From sequence record OK331996.1: DNA of 64,000 nt; one strand, given 5' to 3'. The notes beneath the pieces are model-generated. The model ran no database searches and was not told where the DNA came from. It saw nothing but the letters and a program-made list of their open reading frames with translations. Made by a program: the position numbers and the translations under genes. Of the stretch, positions 20,072 to 29,308 are shown in pieces (the first letter of the stretch is position 1; every line of letters starts with the position of its first letter). The DNA is from Escherichia phage vB_EcoM-G157lw.

Positions 20072-20653
20072 ATGGCGAGTTTAATTTTTACTTATGCAGC
20101 AATGAATGCTGGAAAATCTGCTTCTCTTTTGACTGCTGCACATAATTATAAAGAACGTGGAATGAGTGTATTAGTTCTTAAGCCTGCTATTGATACTCGC
20201 GATTCTGTCTGTGAAGTTGTTTCTCGCATTGGAATTAAACAGGAAGCGAATATTATTACAGATGATATGGATATTTTCGAGTTCTATAAATGGGCTGAAG
20301 CACAAAAAGATATTCATTGCGTATTTGTAGATGAAGCTCAGTTTTTAAAAACTGAACAGGTGCACCAATTAAGCCGAATTGTTGATACATATAATGTTCC
20401 TGTTATGGCTTATGGATTAAGGACTGATTTCGCTGGAAAATTGTTTGAAGGTTCTAAAGAACTTTTAGCGATTGCAGATAAACTTATTGAACTAAAGGCA
20501 GTTTGTCATTGCGGCAAAAAAGCGATTATGACAGCTCGATTAATGGAAGATGGAACACCAGTTAAAGAAGGTAATCAAATCTGTATTGGTGATGAAATTT
20601 ATGTTTCTTTGTGCAGAAAACATTGGAATGAATTAACTAAAAAGCTTGGTTAG
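20072..20653 (+). CDS. tk: thymidine kinase, 193 aa
   Basis: P-loop AMNAGKSASLL and C-terminal CxxC pairs typical of TK; matches T4 tk size and position. Confidence 0.9.
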   Translation: MASLIFTYAAMNAGKSASLLTAAHNYKERGMSVLVLKPAIDTRDSVCEVVSRIGIKQEANIITDDMDIFEFYKWAEAQKDIHCVFVDEAQFLKTEQVHQLSRIVDTYNVPVMAYGLRTDFAGKLFEGSKELLAIADKLIELKAVCHCGKKAIMTARLMEDGTPVKEGNQICIGDEIYVSLCRKHWNELTKKLG

Positions 20654-20662
20654 TGCAAAAGT

Positions 20663-20670
20663 TATAAATA
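20663..20670 (+). promoter_or_regulatory. T4-type late promoter TATAAATA
   Basis: Exact TATAAATA upstream of rI.-1/rI. Confidence 0.5.
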
Positions 20671-20695
20671 GGTTTATCTAACTAAAGGGGTATAT

Positions 20696-20908
20696 ATGCT
20701 ACAATTAACTGAAAAGCAACTTCGCAATCTTACTGTGCTTCAATTAGATGAAATTCGTAGGGAAGTTGGAAATATCATTTCAGCTTTGCGTCGAGAAGTA
20801 TCACTCAACCAATCTCCGGCAGACTATACTAGATTGCGAAATTTTGAAAAATACCTTGATAAAGTTAAGGCCGTGCATCGGCATAAAGTAAATACAGGAC
20901 AAAAATGA
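20696..20908 (+). CDS. hypothetical protein (rI.-1 position), 70 aa
   Basis: Track ORF with AGGGG RBS. Confidence 0.55.
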
Positions 20909-20920
20909 TAGGAGGCCTTT

Positions 20921-21214
20921 ATGGCCTTAAAAGCAACGGCACTATTTGCCATGCTAGGATTGTCATTTGTTTTATCTCCATCGATTGAAGCGAATGTCGA
21001 TCCTCATTTTGATAAATTTATGGAATCTGGTATTAGGCACGTTTATATGCTTTTTGAAAATAAAAGCGTAGAATCGTCTGAACAATTCTATAGTTTTATG
21101 AGAACGACCTATAAAAATGACCCGTGCTCTTCTGATTTTGAATGTATAGAACGAGGCGCGGAGATGGCACAATCATACGCTAGAATTATGAACATTAAAT
21201 TGGAGACTGAATGA
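20921..21214 (+). CDS. rI: lysis inhibition regulator RI (periplasmic), 97 aa
   Basis: Signal-anchor N-terminus MALKATALFAMLGLSFVLSP; 97 aa as in T4 RI; downstream of tk. Confidence 0.75.
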   Translation: MALKATALFAMLGLSFVLSPSIEANVDPHFDKFMESGIRHVYMLFENKSVESSEQFYSFMRTTYKNDPCSSDFECIERGAEMAQSYARIMNIKLETE

Positions 21215-21597
21215 AATTCAGCGACTTTTCACAAAGTGGAAAACCTTCAAAGGCAGATGAATACTTAGGTTTATTAATGGCTGCACAAGCTTATTTTCAT
21301 TCTGCACATTTTGAAACTAAAAGTTATGCTAGACACAAAGCATACGATTTTATTTTCTCCGAGTTGCCAGATTTGATTGATAAATTTGGTGAGCAATATT
21401 TGGGGTATTCTGGTAGAAAATACACACCTTCAATTCCAGATGCCAGTAAACTTCCTACCGACACAATTAAAATGATTGATCACATACTAGACCAATCTAA
21501 CAGCATTTATAAAGAAATGCCTCCAGCCATTCAAAGCACGATAGATGATATTACTGGAATGTTTTACCAGAGCAAATATCTTCTTTCCCTCGAATAA
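21211..21597 (+). CDS. hypothetical protein (rI.1 position), 128 aa
   Basis: ATGA overlap with rI. Confidence 0.55.
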   Translation: MKFSDFSQSGKPSKADEYLGLLMAAQAYFHSAHFETKSYARHKAYDFIFSELPDLIDKFGEQYLGYSGRKYTPSIPDASKLPTDTIKMIDHILDQSNSIYKEMPPAIQSTIDDITGMFYQSKYLLSLE

Positions 21598-21601
21598 CAT
21601 T

Positions 21602-21624
21602 AGTCTCCTTCGGGAGACTTTTTC
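21602..21624 (+). terminator. UUCG-tetraloop intrinsic terminator
   Basis: agtctccttcgggagact followed by ttttt. Confidence 0.7.
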
Positions 21625-21670
21625 ATTTTACCAGTTTACTTTCAATTTGAGCTGTGATACTATACAACCA
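21625..21670 (+). promoter_or_regulatory. T4-type early promoter
   Basis: ccaGTTTACtttcaatttgagctgtgatactat. Confidence 0.55.
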
Positions 21671-21691
21671 TCGGATAAAGAGGAGAACATC

Positions 21692-21880
21692 ATGAAAATT
21701 GAAGCACTCAATCAAGAAGGAAATATCTACGTCATCATTAATGGTGATTTTTTCGTCGACATGGATGAAGTTACTAGTGAAGAACTTGTAGAACTTCTTA
21801 AGAAACGTTATGATATGTGTGATGAAGCTGCAACTCATATGGCGTGTGCAATATTCTCTCTTTCATATGTGGTGGAATAA
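21692..21880 (+). CDS. hypothetical protein, 62 aa
   Basis: ATG after AAGAGGAG; track ORF extended upstream. Confidence 0.5.
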   Translation: MKIEALNQEGNIYVIINGDFFVDMDEVTSEELVELLKKRYDMCDEAATHMACAIFSLSYVVE

Positions 21881-22083
21881 TGACTAGAATTGAACAAGCA
21901 GATAAAATTAAAGAATTGGTAGCTTTAATTCGCAAAGCAGATGAGGAACTTAGTGACTTTGCTTGGTTTTCGGCAGGCATTGCAAATAAAGGTATTGAAA
22001 AATTTGAAGCTAAAGTTGATAATGCTGTAGAAGCTTTAGATATGTTTCTTGATGAAATTATCGATCATAATACGAGAGTTTAA
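21880..22083 (+). CDS. hypothetical small helical protein, 67 aa
   Basis: TAATG overlap; junction ggtggaataatga. Confidence 0.5.
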   Translation: MTRIEQADKIKELVALIRKADEELSDFAWFSAGIANKGIEKFEAKVDNAVEALDMFLDEIIDHNTRV

Positions 22084-22085
22084 GT

Positions 22086-22280
22086 ATGCTAACACGTGAA
22101 CAGTTTGAAAAAATTATTAAATTAGCACGTGATGTTGAAATAGATTCATATCAATTAGCAGTTGAGCACTGTGAAGGATACTCATACGATGGTATAGAAG
22201 CAGCTAAAAAGGATTTGGATAAATCCAAAGCTAAGTTAGTTCAATATCTTGAAATGATTAGGTGGAATAATGAAAACTGA
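22086..22280 (+). CDS. hypothetical small helical protein, 64 aa
   Basis: Track ORF. Confidence 0.5.
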   Translation: MLTREQFEKIIKLARDVEIDSYQLAVEHCEGYSYDGIEAAKKDLDKSKAKLVQYLEMIRWNNEN

Positions 22281-22443
22281 AAAGCAGATGTTTTTAATGA
22301 AGCTAATTGAAGAATATGCTAATGCAGTTTCTGACTATGAGTATTCTGCTAGGGAAAGAGGTACAGCTTTCGCAAAGGAAGAAATGAAAATCATGGTTGA
22401 TGCTCACACAAAGCTTCAGAATTTTATTGAAAACGTCATTTAA
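22270..22443 (+). CDS. hypothetical small helical protein, 57 aa
   Basis: ATG in repeated junction ggtggaataatga; below track cutoff. Confidence 0.4.
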   Translation: MKTEKQMFLMKLIEEYANAVSDYEYSARERGTAFAKEEMKIMVDAHTKLQNFIENVI

Positions 22444-22482
22444 TGGTTTACAAGTTGGCAAGGTTATGATATAGTAATCTTG
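22440..22482 (+). promoter_or_regulatory. T4-type early promoter
   Basis: tggtttacaagttggcaaggttatgatatagtaat. Confidence 0.5.
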
Positions 22483-22610
22483 TCAACTGCCAAGGAGAAG
22501 AGAATGAAAGTTTTGTTTGTTGTGTATGTGATGATTCAATATAATTATCCAATGTTTACTTATAATCTGGTGAACAACATTATTGATATTATTCAAAGGA
22601 GTATGTAATT

Positions 22611-23168
22611 GTGGGTGAGTCGAAGAGAATCAATATGAAACGATTAGTATTAGAAGTTAGTCCGCTTTTTGGTGAATTAGCTATAGAAAAAGTAAATAAT
22701 ATGTATCGTTTGACACAAGAAGACGATATGCTATATTTTACGCCTAGTGAAATCATTCATTTAACCCAAATTGAATATCCTTATACTGATAAAATAGTAA
22801 GCATCAATGATGAGCACAAAATTCATTTTTATTCTTCATGCCCAGGATTTAATATTAAAAGTGAGTCAATGTGTTTATCAGTTATCCATTGGGATAGTTT
22901 TATAGATAAGATTAAATATTTTTATTATTCTAATGAAAGAAAACATAGTTTAAAATGGCTCAAAAATTGCAATGCTATTATTACTAACGCTTGCAATCAG
23001 AATGATGAAACTGTTTTAAACGTATCAAAATGCTATGAAGATGGTGATGTCTTAACTATTCGTCAAATTGATGATTTTCGATCGTATATTGTCACATTTA
23101 CCAAAGACGAAGCTATTGCGCTAAAGACTTATCTCGATTCTGTCATTCCAACTATGATTTCAAAGTGA
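22611..23168 (+). CDS. hypothetical protein, about 177-185 aa (start ambiguous: GTG 22611 or ATG 22635)
   Basis: Track ORF; C-terminus similar to the next gene. Confidence 0.55.
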   Translation: MGESKRINMKRLVLEVSPLFGELAIEKVNNMYRLTQEDDMLYFTPSEIIHLTQIEYPYTDKIVSINDEHKIHFYSSCPGFNIKSESMCLSVIHWDSFIDKIKYFYYSNERKHSLKWLKNCNAIITNACNQNDETVLNVSKCYEDGDVLTIRQIDDFRSYIVTFTKDEAIALKTYLDSVIPTMISK

Positions 23169-23174
23169 GGAAAT

Positions 23175-23696
23175 ATGTTTATTTCAAGTGGAAGTGGTTT
23201 AATTCGTGTTGAATTTAAAAATGACATCTTCCTTATTCAAGGAGATGATATTATTAAAATGAGTTATGATGAAATTAAGAAAATTTGTAATGCTCTTGAA
23301 AGTCATGGAAAAGTGAACGCTGTTATTGATATTGGTGATTTATGGGTGACACTTTATGAAGTATCCGAAGGATTTAATATTGAAGATGAAAACAACATCT
23401 TAGCTATTGATAAAAGAAGCGATTTGTTTGATGTGTTAAAAGTTTATGAACAGTCAAACGGTGGAAGAAAAGCTGTATTGATTTATCAAAAACCACATTC
23501 ATGTGGAACTGCTTCAATCATTTCAGATATTGAAGATGAAACTGATACTTATATGTGTGTTTTAAAAGCTGGTGGTGACCGTCATCCGGATTTTATTTCT
23601 ATTCGTCAAAACAATGGAGAAATTTCATTATCAAAATCAGAAGCTGAAGCTATGATTAAGTATTTAACAACTGTTACACCTTCAATGAAAGGATAA
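23175..23696 (+). CDS. hypothetical protein, 173 aa, likely paralog of preceding gene
   Basis: C-terminus EAMIKYLTTVTPSM versus EAIALKTYLDSVIPTM. Confidence 0.55.
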   Translation: MFISSGSGLIRVEFKNDIFLIQGDDIIKMSYDEIKKICNALESHGKVNAVIDIGDLWVTLYEVSEGFNIEDENNILAIDKRSDLFDVLKVYEQSNGGRKAVLIYQKPHSCGTASIISDIEDETDTYMCVLKAGGDRHPDFISIRQNNGEISLSKSEAEAMIKYLTTVTPSMKG

Positions 23697-23698
23697 TT

Positions 23699-24160
23699 AT
23701 GATTATTAATGAAAACTCTTGGCACTATAAATTATTCAAACTGTTTAACGACGAATGGAAACGACCTAAGACACTGTGTGCATACTTTTGGTCTATTGTT
23801 ATCCCTACATTTTTCGTTTCTTTTTTCGGATGTACTATACTCGCAGGTCTAACTATTATCTGTGCAGAAATCATACAGAAATGGCTTATTTTTGGTAGTT
23901 TATGGACTCTTATTCCATCAGCATTTATACTTGCCATTTTGCTTATTTTACTTATTATTGGTTCATTTGTTATTCCTGCACAACTGCATGAAAAATATAA
24001 AGATTATAAATGGAAAAAGGATTATGCTTTACATGTAGAAAATATTGATAGGGCGTATAAAGGTTTACCTCCTATTCAACCCAAGAAATCTATTATCGTT
24101 GAATTTTTAAAAGCTCGTAAAGCTAAAGTATGTCCTGTTATTGAATATAAGGCTGAATGA
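23699..24160 (+). CDS. membrane protein (3-4 TM), 153 aa
   Basis: Hydrophobic segments; ATGA overlap. Confidence 0.55.
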   Translation: MIINENSWHYKLFKLFNDEWKRPKTLCAYFWSIVIPTFFVSFFGCTILAGLTIICAEIIQKWLIFGSLWTLIPSAFILAILLILLIIGSFVIPAQLHEKYKDYKWKKDYALHVENIDRAYKGLPPIQPKKSIIVEFLKARKAKVCPVIEYKAE

Positions 24161-25170
24161 TGAAAACAGTAATGAAAAGCTATTTTGGTAGTCATCTTTA
24201 TGGAACTTCTACCCCAGAATCTGATGTAGATTTTAAAGAAATCTTTGTTCCTCCTGCTCGCGATATTCTTATCGGAAATGTCAAAGAGCACATGAGTAAA
24301 AACACTAACAACACATCATCTAAAAACACTAAAGATGATATTGACCATGAACTATACAGTCTTAAATATTTCTTTAAATTAGCAGCAGATGGTGAAACTG
24401 TAGCGTTGGATATGCTTCACACTCCACCTGAACTAGTGGTTAAATCTGATTTGCCTGATGTGTGGAAGTTTATTCAAGACAACCGTTCTCGTTTTTATAC
24501 GACTAACATGAAATCATATTTAGGATATGTCCGCAAGCAAGCTTCTAAATACGGTGTCAAGGGTTCTCGTTTGGCTGCATTACGTGATGTATTGAAAGTA
24601 GTTAATCAAATCCCTGAGCAATGGGTTGATTACCAAGAAGATGGTTCTATTAAGCAGCGTCGTACTAAAGTTGAAGATATTAAGCATCGTCTTCCAGAAA
24701 ACGAATTCTGTGAATGGGTGTTCCATAATCATGAGAAAACAGGCCCACAAACGTTCTACACTGTGTTGGGTCGTAAATATCAGACAACTCTTTCTCTTAT
24801 TGAGCTTAAGCAGTCACTGAACAAATTAGATGCTGAATACGGTGAACGTGCTCGTAAGGCCGAAGCCAACGAAGGCATTGACTGGAAAGCTCTGAGCCAT
24901 GCTTGTCGTGGTGGACTTCAACTATTGGAAATTTACAAAACTGGTGACTTGGTTTATCCACTCCAAGATGCTCCATTTATTCTCGACGTGAAGTTGGGTA
25001 AGCATCCATTTAAAACAGTTCAAGAGTTTTTGGAAGATGTGGTCGATCAAGTAGAAGCAGCATCTATTGAAGCTTCTAAGAACGGTATGCAGCAAAAAGT
25101 AGACATGGGTTTCTGGGATGACTTCCTTGAGAAGGTCTATCTTGAAAACCATCGAAGTTATTATAAATGA
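24157..25170 (+). CDS. nucleotidyltransferase-fold protein, 337 aa
   Basis: FGSHLYGTSTPESDVDF = G-S-x(n)-D-x-D signature, with a downstream acidic DIDHE. Confidence 0.65.
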   Translation: MMKTVMKSYFGSHLYGTSTPESDVDFKEIFVPPARDILIGNVKEHMSKNTNNTSSKNTKDDIDHELYSLKYFFKLAADGETVALDMLHTPPELVVKSDLPDVWKFIQDNRSRFYTTNMKSYLGYVRKQASKYGVKGSRLAALRDVLKVVNQIPEQWVDYQEDGSIKQRRTKVEDIKHRLPENEFCEWVFHNHEKTGPQTFYTVLGRKYQTTLSLIELKQSLNKLDAEYGERARKAEANEGIDWKALSHACRGGLQLLEIYKTGDLVYPLQDAPFILDVKLGKHPFKTVQEFLEDVVDQVEAASIEASKNGMQQKVDMGFWDDFLEKVYLENHRSYYK

Positions 25171-25172
25171 TA

Positions 25173-25196
25173 GGGAGCCTTCGGGCTCCCTTTTTT
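25173..25196 (+). terminator. intrinsic terminator
   Basis: gggagccttcgggctccc followed by tttttt. Confidence 0.7.
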
Positions 25197-25284
25197 ATTT
25201 CAAAAATTTTTCACAAAACGGTTTACAAGCATAAAGCTTTATGGTACTATACAACTATCAACTGATACGGATTTGGAGAATAAA
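25195..25284 (+). repeat. promoter-leader module copy B
   Basis: tttcacaaaacgGTTTACaagc ... atggtactatacaactatcaactgatac. Confidence 0.75.
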
Positions 25285-26253
25285 ATGAAAACTGTAACTA
25301 TCAATAAGGGTATCTACTTCGGTAAAGAAATCTCTGGAACTTTTGAGCTCTTAGGCGAATGGTTCCCGGATAATGCTCCGGTAGATGCACAAGGAGATGG
25401 TAAAGTTTTTGTTGAAATTGACGGTAAACGTCGCGGTGTTTGGGTTTACAAATCAGACATTTCATATGATGGTGTAAAAGTTGAAGAAGTTAAAGAATCG
25501 TATGAAGATATGAAAACCCGCATTAATAAAAGATTTAATGTTATGGGAATGATGACGAATGGTATTATTAACGGAAACATTCGTTCATTAATTATTTCTG
25601 GTGCGGCGGGTATTGGTAAAACGTATTCTTTAGATAAAGCTTTAAATAAAGCAAATGATATTGGATACATTGAATATAAAAGCATTAATGGTAAAATCTC
25701 TGGTATTGGTCTTTATGAACAGCTTTGGAATAATCGTGAAGAGAATTCTGTCCTTTTGATTGATGATGTGGATGTTTTCTCTGATATGGACATTCTTAAT
25801 CTTCTGAAAGCTGCTCTGGACACTGGAGAGACCCGTAAAGTCTGCTGGAGCACTGCATCTTCTTACTTAGAAGAAAAAGGAATTGAGCGTGAGTTTGAAT
25901 TTAAAGGAACGATTGTTTTTATCACAAACGTTGACATTGACCGCGAATTAGACCGTGGTACTAAACTTGCTCCACATTTACAAGCATTAGTGTCCCGCTC
26001 AGTTTATTTGGATTTGGGTGTTCACACTAATGAAGAAATTATGGTCAGGGTTGAAGATGTTATTCTTTCAACTGACATGATGCAAAAGCGCGGTCTTTCT
26101 GATGAAGAAACTTATAAAGCATTATCATGGATGAAAGTCAATGTTAATCGTTTACGCAATGTTTCACTGCGTACTGCTCTTTATCTTGCTGACTTTATTA
26201 TGACCGACAAAAACGGTTGGGAAGAAATCGCTGAAACGGTATTATTAAAATGA
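25285..26253 (+). CDS. AAA-type ATPase, 322 aa
   Basis: Walker A GAAGIGKT, Walker B LLIDDVD; ATG after the GGAG of the conserved leader. Confidence 0.7.
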   Translation: MKTVTINKGIYFGKEISGTFELLGEWFPDNAPVDAQGDGKVFVEIDGKRRGVWVYKSDISYDGVKVEEVKESYEDMKTRINKRFNVMGMMTNGIINGNIRSLIISGAAGIGKTYSLDKALNKANDIGYIEYKSINGKISGIGLYEQLWNNREENSVLLIDDVDVFSDMDILNLLKAALDTGETRKVCWSTASSYLEEKGIEREFEFKGTIVFITNVDIDRELDRGTKLAPHLQALVSRSVYLDLGVHTNEEIMVRVEDVILSTDMMQKRGLSDEETYKALSWMKVNVNRLRNVSLRTALYLADFIMTDKNGWEEIAETVLLK

Positions 26254-26968
26254 AAAAATATTTTACTATCTATAAAACTGAAATATTAAATTTAAAGACA
26301 GGTATTAAGAAATACTATTATGGTCGACATATAACTAATAACATCAATGATTCGTATGTTGGTAGTGGAAATTATATAGAACGTGTAAAAGTGTCAAATG
26401 ACCACATATTATCAAAAACGGTTTTAGAAGTTTTTGATAATTATGATAAAATGGTACAAGCTGAAATATTATATATCATGGCAGGTAAATTGAAATATGG
26501 AAAAACTGTGTTAACCTGTCATACGGGGGTGAAGGAGGAAAGGTTGCAGATGAAACTAGGATAAAATGCAAAAAGCATTCTATAAATTTATGGAAAAATC
26601 CTAATCATATACAGCATATGAAGAAAAAGATGAAAGAGGTCACATCCACGCCGGAAGCTAAATTAAACACTTCAATAAAAACTTCGCAACGATATAAGGA
26701 CCCAGTTTTTGTTAGAAAAGTTAGTAATATTATTAAAAAGAAACTAAACAATCCTGCAGTAAAAGAAAAGCATATTAATGGAATTAAAGCTGCAAAGCGT
26801 TCTCATTTAACTATATGGCAGTATGAAGATGAATTATTCGAGCTTTGGAAAGAAACTAAATATGGATGGAGAAAATTTACAAAGGAAGCTATAAAACACG
26901 GATATCCAAATGAACCGTATCGTAGTATGGTATCAACTTTTCAGAAAAGACATTTAGAAGAATCCTAA
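26250..26968 (+). pseudogene. GIY-YIG homing endonuclease-like gene split by a frameshift near 26500-26560
   Basis: N-terminal ORF has GIY-YIG-like FTIYKTEILNLKTGIKKYYYG ... YVGSG; reading continues in another frame into ORF 26618-26968. Confidence 0.45.
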
Positions 26969-27038
26969 GACAAAAAGGCAGTTCAGAAATAGATTATATG
27001 GACTGCCATCAAAAAGATGACTAGAATTAAACTGGTAA

Positions 27039-27353
27039 ATGGAGGTAATGATGTTATACTCAAAGGCTCGTGAAATTTACGAAACTAAAATTAAAGAAGC
27101 AGTATTTCAGTTCGCAACAACAATGCGATGGACAAATGATTGGGAGTATTCAAAAAATCATAAGAAGCCTTTGGTGACAAGAAAGGCTCATATGTTAGTG
27201 TTAATAGACCGTGAGCAGATTAAAGCCCGAGAAGCCCTCCAGAATCATAAAAAGGCTGCCTTTGAATGGTTTATGGATAACACTGCTCCTGAGACTAAGA
27301 AAGCAGTGAGCGCTTGGTTCAGTGGAAAAAATTGTGAAAGAAGTTTCTTTTAG
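27039..27353 (+). CDS. hypothetical protein, 104 aa
   Basis: Track ORF. Confidence 0.55.
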   Translation: MEVMMLYSKAREIYETKIKEAVFQFATTMRWTNDWEYSKNHKKPLVTRKAHMLVLIDREQIKAREALQNHKKAAFEWFMDNTAPETKKAVSAWFSGKNCERSFF

Positions 27354-27413
27354 TTGTTTACAAGACCGTTCCTCTGTGGTACTATACAACTATCAACTAC
27401 GGAGGAACAGAAA
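27351..27413 (+). repeat. promoter-leader module copy C
   Basis: GTTTACaagaccgttcctctgtggtactatacaactatcaactac; two mismatches to copy D. Confidence 0.75.
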
Positions 27414-27941
27414 ATGAACGCTAAAGATATTTTCAACCTGGTAAATTATAACGATGGTAAATTTAAATCTGAAGCTCAAAGCAAGTTCTTTAATGATGTC
27501 TCAATCGGTGGTGAAATCACTGTTGATGGAGGACAAATTTACAAATCCCGTTGGAATTGGATCGTTATTATCGATGAGATTGGTATTGTAGAAATTTACA
27601 AGAATACGAATAAAAATCGTACATTACACTGGTCTCGTGATACTAACGAACAGTACAAAAAGGATAAAGCATCTAAATTATCTCGTGTAACTCAAGAAGA
27701 TATTGAGTTCATCAAGAAAGATATTTTGATGTATGATAACTTAATTGCTGAAGAGCAAGCTGTTATTGATAAATTTGACGAGATTAAAGCTTCTCGTGAA
27801 ATTCCTGATTTTATGAAAGAATCAGTAAATGAACGATACACTCTCATTTCAGAGCGTATTGAAACTTACAAAAAGCAAAGAGCTGAACGCCAGAATACTC
27901 TTCGGAAGTTTGAAGAACGGTTAAAGACGGTACTCGCATAA
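27414..27941 (+). CDS. hypothetical protein, C-terminal coiled coil, 175 aa
   Basis: ATG after GGAGGAA of the leader. Confidence 0.6.
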   Translation: MNAKDIFNLVNYNDGKFKSEAQSKFFNDVSIGGEITVDGGQIYKSRWNWIVIIDEIGIVEIYKNTNKNRTLHWSRDTNEQYKKDKASKLSRVTQEDIEFIKKDILMYDNLIAEEQAVIDKFDEIKASREIPDFMKESVNERYTLISERIETYKKQRAERQNTLRKFEERLKTVLA

Positions 27942-27996
27942 CCGCTTTATACCAAGGATGGTATAATGGTTCTAAGCCCTTTTAATTGAGATTATT

Positions 27997-28401
27997 ATGA
28001 AACAGTTGATAATTAAAAGATTGAATTTATTGATATGTTGTTTATGTATAGTAATTGCATATGGTTATTATGCTATTAATGATTATATGCATTATAAAGA
28101 TTATGATGTTACTGTAGTTAATACCATTACAGGAACTCAAGGAAAGGGGTCTAATTTATCGTTTATTGCCGTATATGAACTCAAAGACGGTTATAGATTT
28201 AGTGAATATATTTCCCCAGAGATGTATTCTTCAATAGAAAAAGGTGATAATATTACTGTAAGTTTACGTCCTTTCGACGTAAAACAGACATTGTTTGATA
28301 ATATCGTTTGGTTCTTTGGAATGGTATTAGTTCAATCTGTATGCGGTGCTTATATAGTCTTTTCCATCATATTCTGCGTATTTAGTAAAATTGAAAATTG
28401 A
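27997..28401 (+). CDS. membrane protein (N- and C-terminal TM), 134 aa
   Basis: Track ORF; hydrophobic termini. Confidence 0.55.
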   Translation: MKQLIIKRLNLLICCLCIVIAYGYYAINDYMHYKDYDVTVVNTITGTQGKGSNLSFIAVYELKDGYRFSEYISPEMYSSIEKGDNITVSLRPFDVKQTLFDNIVWFFGMVLVQSVCGAYIVFSIIFCVFSKIEN

Positions 28402-28412
28402 GTGAGGAAAAT

Positions 28413-29300
28413 ATGTCAGTAGTAATTAATAATGTCAATGCAGTAATTAAATCTTTAGTTAATAAAAAATTGAATGAATGGACTGTACTTCGTCGTGGAG
28501 AGCCAGATAAATTTTTTCATAGATTTAACCCAACTTTGGATTTGAATGTTATTGACAGAGATGTTCATGCTGAAATTTTAGATAAATTTAAAGTTGATAT
28601 TGGATTTGGATTAGAAAAACATTTACAGCGAACAAACGGGTCTGGAATGGGTTTATCTAATCGCATTATGAAAGCCCTTAATAAAATTGGAGCATTGTCT
28701 CGTATTAATGCAAGTGAAATTCTTCGCAATTATAATAAAGGATATGACCTTTATGGTCGACTAATGCCAAAATTATCATTCGATCAAATGATTGAGGATT
28801 TGTGGGAAAATCAACGACGATTATTAGCATTAGGCGCTCGATTAGCTAAAGGTCTAGATAAACAAATGATTTTTAAGACCAATAATACAGAAGACCTTAA
28901 ATGCTTTAAATTTAGCACTCGTGGAGATGATTATTACGTCAGAGCTCGCTCTACTGATTATGTCAATATGGGTCATCATCTCTGTTTAGCTTTTGAAGTT
29001 TTAAAAGAATCTGGAACATTAGAATATTCATCTGGTGCAAAATGTCCAATTGGTTCAAGTTGTATTTTAATTTATCGCCCGGATGAATCCAGTTCAACTA
29101 AATTGCCTACAAAACCTGTACCAGTTCGTAGTAACGAAAAACATTCTGAGCAAATTGATTATTTTAATAAGCAAATTGAAGAGCTGAATATTTCTATTCA
29201 ACAATATGACGATGAAATCTTTAGACTATCTGGATTGAGTAGTAAAGCTAAATCTGAGCGTGAAAAGTTAATTAAAATTGTTGATTTACTTAAATCTTAA
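28413..29300 (+). CDS. coiled-coil-tailed protein, paralog 1 of 4, 295 aa
   Basis: ATG after GTGAGGAAAAT; KPVPV linker plus C-terminal heptad helix. Confidence 0.65.
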   Translation: MSVVINNVNAVIKSLVNKKLNEWTVLRRGEPDKFFHRFNPTLDLNVIDRDVHAEILDKFKVDIGFGLEKHLQRTNGSGMGLSNRIMKALNKIGALSRINASEILRNYNKGYDLYGRLMPKLSFDQMIEDLWENQRRLLALGARLAKGLDKQMIFKTNNTEDLKCFKFSTRGDDYYVRARSTDYVNMGHHLCLAFEVLKESGTLEYSSGAKCPIGSSCILIYRPDESSSTKLPTKPVPVRSNEKHSEQIDYFNKQIEELNISIQQYDDEIFRLSGLSSKAKSEREKLIKIVDLLKS

Positions 29301-29308
29301 GGAACACT

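Noticed and set aside
22611-22634. GTG start of ORF 22611
   Set aside because: Not excluded, but ATG 22635 is an equally plausible start; kept as ambiguous rather than called.
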